Source: Chloroflexota bacterium (GTDB lineage Bacteria > Chloroflexota > UBA11872 > VXOZ01). Taken from it: a DNA stretch of 64,000 nt. Below the pieces are notes generated by a model, which was not told the DNA's origin, did no database searches, and saw only the letters and a program-made list of their open reading frames with translations. The stretch is taken from positions 2,711,901-2,775,900 of the forward strand of contig OZ244803.1 in the NCBI GenBank assembly GCA_965220045.1. Direction: 5' to 3'. Every line of letters begins with the position of its first letter. Position 1 is the stretch's first letter. Below, in pieces: positions 39,717-48,740 of the stretch. The translations under genes were made by a program, and so were the position numbers.

Positions 39717-41048
39717 CTATTGTTGTTGGGCACGTCTGCGCGCCGCCCGGGCATGGGCGAAAAAGCCTTCCGCCTCAGCCAGCACGGCGGCGGGTTCGGC
39801 GATGGCGGCGGCCGTATTGGGGTCGAGCGCAACGACGCTGGTGCTCTTATAGAATTCTTGCACGGTAATGGGAGACGAGAAGCGCGCCGTGCCTCCCACC
39901 GGCATGACGTGGCTGGGTCCGGCGATGTAGTCGCCCAGCACTTCCGGCGACGCGCTGCCGACGAAGATGCCCCCGGCATTGCGGACTCTCCCCACCCACT
40001 GCCACGGGTCACGAGTGAGCAGACAGAGATGCTCCGGCGCGTACTCCCCGGCCAGGTCTACTGCCGTTTCCAAATCGTCCACCACCACGATGCCGCCGTT
40101 GTGCAACAGCGAATAGGCGGCCTCCTCCTGACGCGGCAACGCTGCCAGTTGCACCGCTAGTTCCTTCTCCACATGTCTGGCAAGTTCCTTGGAATCCGTT
40201 ATCAAGAGGGGCGTGGCCAGAAAGTCATGCTCGGCCTGGGCGAGCAGGTCGGCGGCCGCTTCTGCCGGATCGGCGTGGGCGTCGGCCACAATGAGGGTTT
40301 CGGTAGGACCGGGCAGTTGGTCGATGCCCACCTGTCCATAGACCCGCTGCTTCGCCAAAATCACAAAGATATTGCCCGGGCCGAGGATCTTGTCCACCCT
40401 TGGCACTTGCGCGGTGCCGAAGGCGAGTGCGCCGACGGCCTGCGCGCCGCTGATCTTGAAAACCCGATGCACGCCTGCCACGGCCGCGGCGGCCAGTTTG
40501 AGCGGATGCACACTGCCGTCAGCGCGGCACGGGGTCGCAAGGATGATCTCTTCCACGCCCGCCACACGTGCCGGCACGACTGACATGAGCACCGACGAAG
40601 GATAGACCCGCTCAGTGCCGGGCGAGTAGATGCCGACCCGCTGGAGCGGACGCACCATCTCGCCAAGACCAGATTCAAAATCCATCCAGGAGTTGCGCCG
40701 TTGGCGCTCGTGGTACGCGGCGATGCGGGTATCGGCGAGACGCAGCACGTCCAGCAGAGTGTCGTCAACTTCACGCACGGCGGCCTTGATTTCCGCGTCG
40801 GAAACTTCCAATGGCTCGGGCACGACGCCGTCGAAGTGCGCGATGTACCGACCAAGAGCCGCGTCCCCTTCGGCCTGCACGTCCGCCAGGATGCGGTCCA
40901 CGACCTCACCGGGGTTCAGCGCGGCGCCAAAGACCTCCTGAATGCGCGCCGCCACCGGCGCGGGGATCTCTTCGCTGCCCAACGGCGTGCGCCTGAGCAC
41001 AGTCCGGCGTGCCTCTGCGAGGTCGGTGATGATACGGGTAACGGGCAT
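39717..41048 (-). CDS. hisD: Histidinol dehydrogenase
   Basis: ...KILGPGNIFV.LAK..V.G.VGID..PGPTE.L..AD..ADP...AADLL.QAEHD... and the SPEHL-type region ...APEHLCLL... are HisD signatures. Confidence 0.9.
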   Translation of the reverse strand: MPVTRIITDLAEARRTVLRRTPLGSEEIPAPVAARIQEVFGAALNPGEVVDRILADVQAEGDAALGRYIAHFDGVVPEPLEVSDAEIKAAVREVDDTLLDVLRLADTRIAAYHERQRRNSWMDFESGLGEMVRPLQRVGIYSPGTERVYPSSVLMSVVPARVAGVEEIILATPCRADGSVHPLKLAAAAVAGVHRVFKISGAQAVGALAFGTAQVPRVDKILGPGNIFVILAKQRVYGQVGIDQLPGPTETLIVADAHADPAEAAADLLAQAEHDFLATPLLITDSKELARHVEKELAVQLAALPRQEEAAYSLLHNGGIVVVDDLETAVDLAGEYAPEHLCLLTRDPWQWVGRVRNAGGIFVGSASPEVLGDYIAGPSHVMPVGGTARFSSPITVQEFYKSTSVVALDPNTAAAIAEPAAVLAEAEGFFAHARAARRRAQQQ

Positions 41049-41117
41049 GCGGGGTGCCTTGCCTAAAGGTGTGTTTGCTATTGGGTTTCAGAAACGGAGG
41101 TTAAACCCTCGTGATCC

Positions 41118-41166
41118 GTCATTCCCGCGCACGCTCGCCCCCGCAGGGGGGCGCGGAATCCATCTT
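41118..41166 (+). repeat. Family-A hairpin with nested GC-rich palindrome insert
   Basis: gtcattcccgcgcacgctcgcccccgcaggggggcgcggaatccatctt. Confidence 0.85.
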
Positions 41167-41227
41167 CTCTGTCTAGTGGGTCTTGAACGCAGCCAATGGA
41201 CAAGCCTTTACGTTTCGACGTGTCTGG

Positions 41228-41261
41228 CCAAGAGCGGGGGACAAGCCCCCGCGCTCCGAGG
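41228..41261 (+). repeat. Family-D repeat
   Basis: caagagcgggggacaagcccccgcgctccgagga matches the copies at 35351 and 35529. Confidence 0.75.
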
Positions 41262-41317
41262 AGTCATTCAGGGCAAACCGCGCGCGCGATTTGCAAGAGT
41301 CTATCTGCGCAAGGCCG

Positions 41318-42097
41318 CTAGACCACGTACTCCGCAATGCGTTCCAAATAACGGCGCGCGCTGCCGGCCTCCGGCGGCACGGCTGACAGCATCTCCCGCA
41401 CGGCGCCCTCGCCGTCGAAGGGCACAAAGCGGAATTCCACGTCCCAGTCGCCGCCGGTGTGCGTCAAGACCGCATAACACGCGCGGGCGTCATGCTTGCG
41501 CTCGTAGGTGTGGCCCACCGCACCGGGGTTGACCACCAATATTCCATTATAGCGGCGTTCCACCCGCCGGTGGCTGTGAGCGCACAGGACGAGGCGGGCT
41601 GACACGTCCTGGAGCTTGGCGTGGAGTTCGTCGTCGGACGTGCTCGGCTGGTCGGGGCCGGGCGGCACGGCGTCGGGCGCGGGATAGATCGACTTGGTGA
41701 GACTACCGGGGGAGCCATGACAGAGGATTGTATCCGCATCCTCGATCAGGGAAAGAGACCGCTCGGAGGGTAGCTCGCGAAACCGCGCCACGCGCTCCAC
41801 GCCGATCTGCGCGACGGCCTGTCGCTTGAGATAGCGCACACCCTCGCCGGTGTCGTATTGCGAGATCTCGACGCACTCGTCGCCAAGCAGCCTCTGCAAG
41901 CCCCGTTCCATGTTCCCGGCAACGCCCGCGTGGGGAAGGTCATCCAACGCGTCCAACACGGCGCGATTGTACGGAAACTTCACAATGCTATCCCCCAACA
42001 CCACGACCATGTCGGGCAGTTGCAGATGGAGATCGGCTAGGACAGCCTCAAGGGCATGGATGTTGCCGTGAATATCGGCGAGGACGGCAAGGCGCAT
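41318..42097 (-). CDS. Metallophosphoesterase (calcineurin-like, YfcE/MJ0936-type)
   Basis: MRLAVLADIHGNIHALEAVL...MVVVLGD......GN.E......HSH motif order of the metallophosphoesterase fold. Confidence 0.8.
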   Translation of the reverse strand: MRLAVLADIHGNIHALEAVLADLHLQLPDMVVVLGDSIVKFPYNRAVLDALDDLPHAGVAGNMERGLQRLLGDECVEISQYDTGEGVRYLKRQAVAQIGVERVARFRELPSERSLSLIEDADTILCHGSPGSLTKSIYPAPDAVPPGPDQPSTSDDELHAKLQDVSARLVLCAHSHRRVERRYNGILVVNPGAVGHTYERKHDARACYAVLTHTGGDWDVEFRFVPFDGEGAVREMLSAVPPEAGSARRYLERIAEYVV

Positions 42098-42375
42098 GGC
42101 TAGCGTTCGAGTAGGTTAATGGCAATGAAAAGGTCGCGCATAGACTGCCCTTCCAGTGTACCGCACGAGGTTCTAGCGTTGCGAGTGGCCACGAAGCAGA
42201 ATTGGCGATGTGTGTATCGGCAAGCGACATCCATTCATCTGCCTCGATGTAATCTCTCATTCTCTAGCGCGAATTTGAGGCAAATTCTTCGGTCGGTGGC
42301 AGCTTTCATTTCCTTGAATGAGTGTTGGTGCCGTGCTAGAGTGGCAGCACTGTATGCAACTGCTGCGCCGGTTGG

Positions 42376-42402
42376 GCGCAGGTTGCAAACCTGCGCTACC
42401 GG
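42376..42402. repeat. Family-C palindrome gcgcaggttgcaaacctgcgctaccgg
   Basis: Near-perfect palindrome. Copies at 35443, 35623, 43556, 61266 and the array at 9630. Confidence 0.8.
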
Positions 42403-42473
42403 AGAGCAATGCATGCGCGTCTAGTTGGCTAGCCGCTCCGGCCTGCCGCGTGCGCAGAGGAGAATCCACGTAC

Positions 42474-43523
42474 ATGAATGTCGAGCAAGCTGCGTCTACC
42501 AGTTCCTCCTTGGCCATAGAGACTGAGGACGGTGGCCTTGCCCGGCGCGCGGTGCGGTTCTTGCGGGCGCGGATTGGGCTGGTTTCCAATAACCGCGACC
42601 TCATTGCTAACCCGGAGTTTTTCGAGAGCCGCGCGGTGATCCAGTCACTGGTGACCAATGTGCTGGCGGTGCCGGAGATTCCCTATGCAGAGCCGTTGGA
42701 CGCGCGCATGTTCGTATTGGACCTACCCGATGCGGCACCGTCAGTGCAGGTAGGTGATGACGAGGTTCTTGCCGTAGCGGACTTTACCTCTCTGGAGGCG
42801 GCGTGCTCGGACCGGCGCTGCTCGCTCTTTGGCAATCTGGGGCTGTTCTTCCGCTTTGCGCTGGCGGTGCTGGAGCGCCGCCACGGCATCTTCAGCTTCC
42901 ATGCCTCCGCCCTGTACCTGCCTGAGCAGAACGAACTGATGCTCGTAGTTGGCGGGGCGGGCGCGGGCAAGACGGTCTTCTTGCTGGAGGGACTGCGGCG
43001 CGGCTACCAAGTCTTCAGCACGGAAATGACGCACTTGGAGTTTCGCGGCAGCGACGTGGTCTTTCACAAGGGCTCGCTGGTGGACAACATTCGCCTGGGC
43101 AGCTTTGTCTATGACTTTCCTGACGCGGCGGAGCGGCTGGGGCTAGATCTGCCTGACGTCGCCAACGTCTGGGGGCATAAGCTGGCCGTAGACCTGGCGG
43201 CGGTTGCGCCGGAGGCGGACGAACTCATCAACCCGCGCCTCTCGCTGCTCTTCCCCAAAATCGAATCAGGTCGCGAGACTGCCGTCGTCTCCGACGTGCA
43301 GCCGGGTCCCAAAATGGTCAAGCTGCTGTTCGACAACGCTTCGGAGAAGATTGGCGGTACGGGCTTGCTGTACGACCGTATCCCGTTACCCGGCACCGAT
43401 GCGCCGGACATCGCGGCCAAACGTCTCGAGGGCATGAACCGCTTGGTACACGAGCATACTGACTTGGTCGTCCGTGCCAAGGACATCCTGGCCGGTACGC
43501 ACAATTGCATGGAAGGGCTTTAG
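42474..43523 (+). CDS. HprK-related P-loop kinase (HPr kinase C-terminal-domain-like). Start taken at the Met at 42474 with GAGGAGAA RBS
   Basis: FHASALYLPEQNELMLVVGGAGAGKTVFLLEGLRRGYQVFSTEMTHL parallels the HprK C-domain (LHGS.V..NG.GVLI.G.SGSGKSE.AL.L..RG). The track ORF from 42318 runs across a family-C repeat. Confidence 0.6.
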   Translation: MNVEQAASTSSSLAIETEDGGLARRAVRFLRARIGLVSNNRDLIANPEFFESRAVIQSLVTNVLAVPEIPYAEPLDARMFVLDLPDAAPSVQVGDDEVLAVADFTSLEAACSDRRCSLFGNLGLFFRFALAVLERRHGIFSFHASALYLPEQNELMLVVGGAGAGKTVFLLEGLRRGYQVFSTEMTHLEFRGSDVVFHKGSLVDNIRLGSFVYDFPDAAERLGLDLPDVANVWGHKLAVDLAAVAPEADELINPRLSLLFPKIESGRETAVVSDVQPGPKMVKLLFDNASEKIGGTGLLYDRIPLPGTDAPDIAAKRLEGMNRLVHEHTDLVVRAKDILAGTHNCMEGL

Positions 43524-43555
43524 GTAGGGAGGAGAGATTAGCAGTTTTGGCAAGT

Positions 43556-43583
43556 GGCGCAAGTTTGAAACCTGCGCCACCGG
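43556..43583. repeat. Family-C palindrome
   Basis: ggcgcaagtttgaaacctgcgccaccgg. Confidence 0.8.
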
Positions 43584-43644
43584 GGACGCAAGGCGCGGTG
43601 ACTCTAGGATGGCGACTAGTGCGCGCCATTTGGTTTCCCCCTGA

Positions 43645-43725
43645 CCCTCGCCCTCACCCCCGAATCAGTCGATACTTCGTATCGGGTACGGGGCAGGCTC
43701 TAGCCCTCTCCCCCAGGAGAGGGAA
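43645..43725 (+). repeat. Family-E repeat, long form
   Basis: ccctcgccctcacccccgaatcagtcgatacttcgtatcgggtacggggcaggctctagccctctcccccaggagagggaa. Confidence 0.8.
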
Positions 43726-43800
43726 CTGTTCGCCTCTTTTTTGGTGTGAGATGATCGAATCGATAAGTGCCTAGCTTTGGAAATGAGGAGTAAACAAACG

Positions 43801-44604
43801 ATGCCACAGGCTTGGGAAGGAATTGTCGATCCGCCGGTGCAGGCGCGTGTTACCCAGAAGCCGCGCGCTACCGGCTATACGATGGTGCTCGATAAGGGGT
43901 TGGGCATGCACGCCACCGCCGATCTGATGCAGATGGCGGCGCACGTCATTGATTCGCTCAAGCTCACGTTCGGTACCTCGGCGTTCTATGAGGAAGACGT
44001 GCTGCGGCAGAAGATCGCGCTTGTCCAGGACGCCGGCGTAGACATCTACCCCGGCGGCACGTTTCTGGAAGCGGCCGTAGCGCAGGGCAAGACGGCCGAG
44101 TACATTTCGCGTGCCCGGGAACTAGGGTTCAATACCATCGAGGTCTCCGACGGCACCATCGAGATGGACGCCGCCACGCGCAGCGACATTGTCAAACGCG
44201 CCAAGGACACCGGTTTCAAAGTGCTCACCGAGGTGGGGAAGAAAGACCCCAAGGACGCAATCGAGACGACCATCATGCACGAGCAGATTGCCGCCGATCT
44301 CGCGCAGGGAGCTAACAAAGTGATCGTGGAAGCGCGGGAGTCCGGCCACGGCGTTGGCATTTTCGATAGCAGCGGTGACGTGCAGACCGAGATGGTGGAG
44401 GAGATCCTGGGCGGCATCAACAACGTGGAAGACCTCATTTGGGAAGCGCCCATCAAGAATCAGCAGCAGTGGCTTATACTCGAATTCGGCCCCAACGTCA
44501 ACCTGGGCAATATTCCGCCGGAGGACATACTCGCGCTGGAGGCGCTGCGTTGCGGTATGCGGGGCGATACGCTGAAGCGCGCCCTGGCCGGCACGTGGCC
44601 GTAG
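43801..44604 (+). CDS. (2R)-phospho-3-sulfolactate synthase (ComA) family protein. Start taken at the ATG at 43801 (GAGGAG RBS about 10 nt upstream); the track ORF begins at TTG 43777
   Basis: KPRATGYTMVLDKGLG....DLM..A...ID.LKLTFGTSAFY.E..L..KI.L.Q.AGVD.YPGGT.LE.A..QG....Y......LGF..IEVSDGTI... follows the ComA family pattern. Confidence 0.75.
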   Translation: MPQAWEGIVDPPVQARVTQKPRATGYTMVLDKGLGMHATADLMQMAAHVIDSLKLTFGTSAFYEEDVLRQKIALVQDAGVDIYPGGTFLEAAVAQGKTAEYISRARELGFNTIEVSDGTIEMDAATRSDIVKRAKDTGFKVLTEVGKKDPKDAIETTIMHEQIAADLAQGANKVIVEARESGHGVGIFDSSGDVQTEMVEEILGGINNVEDLIWEAPIKNQQQWLILEFGPNVNLGNIPPEDILALEALRCGMRGDTLKRALAGTWP

Positions 44605-44821
44605 AGTTCACTGCCCCAAGAGCGGCGCAGCCGGACTGTAGATGGTCGGAGAAACCGGCTTTCAGTCAGCCGGAGTGGCTGGTAGGGAGAACTCTACAGC
44701 AACGCTGCACTCGCTGTGTGTCGCTGCAACCGCGTAGGAACGATTTGAATCTGATGCCGTGGGGAAGAGTCGCTGGCGTTCTATTCCTAATCGAAAGCGC
44801 GGGCCGTCCCGCAGGCCCGGC

Positions 44822-46054
44822 TTAGGCCTCGTGCCACAGGGGCGCAATCCTCGCCCTATACTCCTCTTCGATCAGGGCCGCATATTCGGGCCAGACACCC
44901 ATCAGCGCATCGAGCCGGTCATTGTTCATGTCTTCGTGGGGCGTGATGGCGTCGTAGAGTCCGGTGACGATGCGGTTTGCTGCCGGACTGAGAACACCCT
45001 CCAGATTCTTCAAGACTGATCTAGCGTCCGCGCCGCCGTCATCCACCAAAGCCTTGAAGAATTGCGTGCTCAGAGCCTCTATCTCTTCGCCGAGATGCAT
45101 GCGCAGCCACTCGCCGTCGAAGAGATCCGGGCGGGCGTGCCGGAAGAAGACGGCAATGCCGAAGCGCCCGCGTATGCCCGCCAGCGCCTGCAACGCATAG
45201 CGTAGTCGTTGCTGTCGTGCCGCCTGAACGGAGTCTTGCTCGGGCAATTGTTGACAGAACGCCGTCACCAGGTCTCGCAATTCGTAGACGATCTGTAAGA
45301 GCTCGTCAGCAATGGCGGCGCACTCTTCGTCCGACATCTCCACGCGGTAGTCCGCCGCGACGATGGCGTTCAGCCTATCCAGTAGCTCCCGGTTGTCTAC
45401 CACTTCAGGCAATACCTTGAGCGCCGCCGGTTTGGTAGGCACCCACGCGTTGCGCAGCAGGCCGCACGCCAGCTTGGCCGCCGGCAGGAACCAGTGGGAC
45501 AGCGCGCCGTACACGGGATAATACGGCAGGTACTCGGGCAGCAGGTTGATGGGCGGATCGAACTGCTCCGCGCGCGGGACCAGATAGATGTTGAACTTGC
45601 CGCAGGCCTCGTGCTGCTGGGCTTGGGTGAATGGCGGCTCCTGCGCCGCCAGCACGTCATCGAGCGCATTCGCCGCGCCGCCGATGCGGTGCCAGTCGCG
45701 CACTTCGCCCATGAGTGGTAGAAGCTGCCGCGCCTCACGCGGAGAACAGATGAATCCTGGCGGGTGCTCCAAAATGCGGGCGTAGTGCGGCGCCTCTTCC
45801 AGCAATTCCACATACGACTCGCCGCCCGCGCGGCTGATTGCCAGCCAGGTCTCGGCGTCGGGGGCGTCCGCCACTGAGCGCAAGTCGTGATCGCTGAAAC
45901 CGGGCGTCAGCGTGCCCAGGTGATGCTTGCAGTAGACAGCGGTATCAAGACCGGGCACGTGCTCGGCAATATAGCGACCAAGCTCGGTGCCAATATAGCG
46001 GTAATCGTCGAGTGTGAGTGTCATGTCATGAATCGTTGTCTGTAGAATCGTCAT
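44822..46054 (-). CDS. Hypothetical protein. Possible minimal nucleotidyltransferase-like N-terminal motif (G-x10-S-D-H-D-L)
   Basis: Only LGTLTPGFSDHDL resembles a Pol-beta-type NTase motif. The rest is helical with no family match I can make by eye. Confidence 0.3.
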   Translation of the reverse strand: MTILQTTIHDMTLTLDDYRYIGTELGRYIAEHVPGLDTAVYCKHHLGTLTPGFSDHDLRSVADAPDAETWLAISRAGGESYVELLEEAPHYARILEHPPGFICSPREARQLLPLMGEVRDWHRIGGAANALDDVLAAQEPPFTQAQQHEACGKFNIYLVPRAEQFDPPINLLPEYLPYYPVYGALSHWFLPAAKLACGLLRNAWVPTKPAALKVLPEVVDNRELLDRLNAIVAADYRVEMSDEECAAIADELLQIVYELRDLVTAFCQQLPEQDSVQAARQQRLRYALQALAGIRGRFGIAVFFRHARPDLFDGEWLRMHLGEEIEALSTQFFKALVDDGGADARSVLKNLEGVLSPAANRIVTGLYDAITPHEDMNNDRLDALMGVWPEYAALIEEEYRARIAPLWHEA

Positions 46055-46078
46055 TCCCGCGAAAGCGGGAATCCATCT
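46050..46078 (+). repeat. Family-A hairpin
   Basis: gtcattcccgcgaaagcgggaatccatct. A stem-variant copy (gactccggctttcgccggagtgac) follows at 46150-46173. Confidence 0.85.
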
Positions 46079-46265
46079 CCGTTGATTTTCTGGCCTTCGG
46101 CCCCGACTGGTCTATGGGGTAGGAGTACTTTGTTTGAGTCCCCACCCTAGACTCCGGCTTTCGCCGGAGTGACGGATTGTTAGGGACAACTCAACCTCTC
46201 GGCCCCATCATCAGTCTGACCAATAGCGAGAGTCACCTGTTGTCGCTTCTTGCACACGCCGGAGG

Positions 46266-47303
46266 TCAAGACACCGCCGCTGCCGGAGTCTGCGTAAACG
46301 TATACGCCTCAAATTCATTCTCACAGGGATAGCCGTAGCTCACGAGGAGGCTGCGCTCCCGCGCAATCATGATGTAGCCCATGATGCTCTGCGCCAACGC
46401 ATCATGCCGGCAGATATTGGCGGGTTCCGTGTGGGTACGCGCAATCCGCATAAGCTGCTCCAGCGAGTGGGGCTGCTCCGCCGTCAGACGCTCGAGCACC
46501 GTGAAGCGGTCACGGCTGTTCTGCGCGGCCGGGCCGCCGTCGTTCTTAAGCACGGCCTGCATGTCGTCGGTCAAGTAGTGGTTTGTATTCCAAATGGTGT
46601 GGCTATCCATGCGCCGCACGGCCATACGCGTCGGCGAGCGCTCCACCACGATAGCCGCGCCGCTGGGATCCGTAAACATCATGTTGGTGCCGTGGTTCAT
46701 GATGGGCGTGCGCGCCACCAAGTCGGCCACGGCATCAACGGAATCGGCGAACTGCAAGAGGTAACGCAGCACCGTATTGGTGGGAATGCCGTCCCAATCG
46801 CTGTCGTTGTTCGGAATACTGCTCCCGCCGTAGGTGAGACCCGCCTCGTTCACACCCGCATTCAGCCAGGTGGTGCCGACGTAGGTCACTCCGACATAGG
46901 CGTGCCCGCGGTCGGGGCGCAACTCCTGCAGGACGTGAAACTGCTTCATGTCCGCATCCACATCGTTGGACTTGAAATGAATAGTGCCCTGGGGCGTATC
47001 CGCCAAGGCGACATTCGTGCATTCTACGCGCGAGCGGCTGATCTCCTGGCAGGCGTTGTAGGCAAAGAGATCGTCAAAGTTTACGTTGGCCGCTTCCGCG
47101 ATGGCGTGAAGTTCCTCCAGCGACTCGGGGAACACTCTGTCCAGGTTGCGCTCGACCTGCCGCAGCACGCGTCTCCCGTGGGCATCATCCCAGCCCCGGT
47201 CCAGCGCAAACCGCTTCACCGCCGCGGGAATTATGTCCGCAAACGCCGCGCCATGCTGGAGTCCCATCTCGCGGGGCGTGCCTGACTGAACCACTTGTCG
47301 CAT
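46266..47303 (-). CDS. Peptidase C45 / acyl-CoA:6-aminopenicillanic-acid acyltransferase-like Ntn hydrolase. Start taken at the Met at 47301-47303 (GAGGAGG RBS)
   Basis: MRQVVQSGTPREMGLQHGAAF..., ...GVNEAGLTYGG... (Ntn-hydrolase GxNExGL motif), about 345 aa. Confidence 0.55.
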   Translation of the reverse strand: MRQVVQSGTPREMGLQHGAAFADIIPAAVKRFALDRGWDDAHGRRVLRQVERNLDRVFPESLEELHAIAEAANVNFDDLFAYNACQEISRSRVECTNVALADTPQGTIHFKSNDVDADMKQFHVLQELRPDRGHAYVGVTYVGTTWLNAGVNEAGLTYGGSSIPNNDSDWDGIPTNTVLRYLLQFADSVDAVADLVARTPIMNHGTNMMFTDPSGAAIVVERSPTRMAVRRMDSHTIWNTNHYLTDDMQAVLKNDGGPAAQNSRDRFTVLERLTAEQPHSLEQLMRIARTHTEPANICRHDALAQSIMGYIMIARERSLLVSYGYPCENEFEAYTFTQTPAAAVS

Positions 47304-47415
47304 GGAAAATGCCTCCTCAATGCAACTGTACTCTTTCGATATGTGCCGCCGTTTCTTGACCGCTTCAGAGTGCTGCAGCCCGCAGCAACTCACCATCAAC
47401 TAATGGCCGAGAGGG

Positions 47416-48300
47416 CTAATTGCGTATCCCTTCCACCGCCGCGTACACGCTCCCGATAGTGCCCCCAACAACCTCGTAGCCCTCTTCATCGGCAATGATG
47501 TTGATTTCATCCACGATGGCATCGAACGCCTGCCGCTTTTCGCTGGTTGCGTCTTCGTAGAAGTGCGTATTGTGGGTGAAGGGCATGATGATTCTGGGGG
47601 CGTCGTCTGGGTATTCCGCCATGTCCGCCCAGGCTTGGCGAATGGTCTGCCGGTGGGAAGCGCCGTCGCCGCCCTCGATGCGGAGTTCCATGGGGAGATG
47701 GGGAGCGCGGCGGCGCACCTGGTCGCAGGTTAGCGGAATTTCGTAGAAGTCAAGATCGCCGGCAAAGAGGCGGTTCGCCTTATGGGCGTAGTGGGCGAAG
47801 GGCACGGCGCCCTGCCACACCGCCTTGGCCAGATCATACTGGCGGCCCGGCGACGAAACGCTGCCGTGGGTGAAGCCCGTGGCGACCAACGCGGGATAGG
47901 TGTTGTCGTTTGCCGAAAAGTTGCCGCCCCTGAAAGTGGTCGGCCTCTTGCCGATAGCGTCGGCCCACTGGTCGGCGACGGAGTCGAACATGTCCACCTG
48001 CTCTTCGAACGTGAATCCGCCGAGATAGTCGGCATAGCCGAGGCGGGTATCCTGCGGATGGATGTGCAGGCCGAGCTCAAAGCCGCGCTTCTCAAGATCC
48101 CAATACAGGGAGGGCTGGGCCGCCGCCGTCTGCGCCACGATGAAAAGTGTCGCACTGAGACCGTTCTCTTCCAGCGCATCCGCGAAACTCGTAACCGACC
48201 GTTCGCTGATGCTCCATTCATCCGGCCCGCCGTGAATGGAATCGTCCATGAGCTGTTCGCAGTCCTGCGTAAAGATGACGTAGAGCGGTTTACCTGCCAT
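47416..48300 (-). CDS. Polysaccharide-deacetylase-like (CE4/PuuE-like) protein
   Basis: YVIFTQDCEQ (TxDxE-type motif 1), ...LHIHP... His motifs, about 290 aa. Weak call. Confidence 0.45.
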   Translation of the reverse strand: MAGKPLYVIFTQDCEQLMDDSIHGGPDEWSISERSVTSFADALEENGLSATLFIVAQTAAAQPSLYWDLEKRGFELGLHIHPQDTRLGYADYLGGFTFEEQVDMFDSVADQWADAIGKRPTTFRGGNFSANDNTYPALVATGFTHGSVSSPGRQYDLAKAVWQGAVPFAHYAHKANRLFAGDLDFYEIPLTCDQVRRRAPHLPMELRIEGGDGASHRQTIRQAWADMAEYPDDAPRIIMPFTHNTHFYEDATSEKRQAFDAIVDEINIIADEEGYEVVGGTIGSVYAAVEGIRN

Positions 48301-48456
48301 GAATCTCGATCCTTTACATCTTCAGGAGATCATCTCTCGTTTAGATACTCATGTGGAGCATTTCGCCAAGAGTCGTTTCCCATTTACGTTCACAAGCTTA
48401 CCGAACGTCTAGTCAGTCCAATTGAAACGAAGCAAAACACAAAAGGGTTGAGTTTC

Positions 48457-48523
48457 GTCATTCCGGCGAAAGCCGGAATCCATCTTCGCAGCAAACCTGG
48501 ACTCCGGCTTTCGCCGGAGTGAC
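48457..48523. repeat. Two back-to-back hairpins: family-A stem variant (gtcattccggcgaaagccggaatccatctt) and inverted stem variant (ggactccggctttcgccggagtgac)
   Basis: The stem changes cccgcg to ccggcg and gcggga to gccgga are compensatory. Flanks are conserved. Confidence 0.85.
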
Positions 48524-48639
48524 AAGCCTGGCCGCCTGTTTCATCCCCACCATTCCACGCCGGCGGGGCACAAGGCCCAGCGCTACATCCCAAGAGCCAA
48601 ACCCCCAAGAGCTACACTATCAAGAGCTGTGCTCCGGTT

Positions 48640-48678
48640 CCCTCTCCCTGGGGGAGAGGGTTAGGGTGAGGGGGAACC
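48640..48678. repeat. Family-E repeat, short form
   Basis: ccctctccctgggggagagggttagggtgagggggaacc. Confidence 0.7.
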
Positions 48679-48740
48679 TCCTTCACTCTCAAATCCTTGT
48701 GTCCCCGCCCTACCGCATTGGCGTATCCATTGACAACTAG

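Noticed and set aside
40942-41532. 196 aa plus-strand ORF between hisD and the phosphoesterase
   Set aside because: It spans an intergenic region packed with family-A and family-D repeats. The Arg/Pro-rich translation is typical of GC-rich noncoding DNA.
42318-42473. N-terminal 52-codon extension of the kinase ORF
   Set aside because: It runs through a family-C palindrome. A strong RBS (GAGGAGAA) precedes the internal ATG at 42474.
44822-46054. Calling this gene a bona fide nucleotidyltransferase of an HprK-associated system
   Set aside because: Only a minimal G-x-S-D-x-D-like motif is visible. I cannot confirm the family or the existence of such a cassette without an HMM search, so it is kept as hypothetical.
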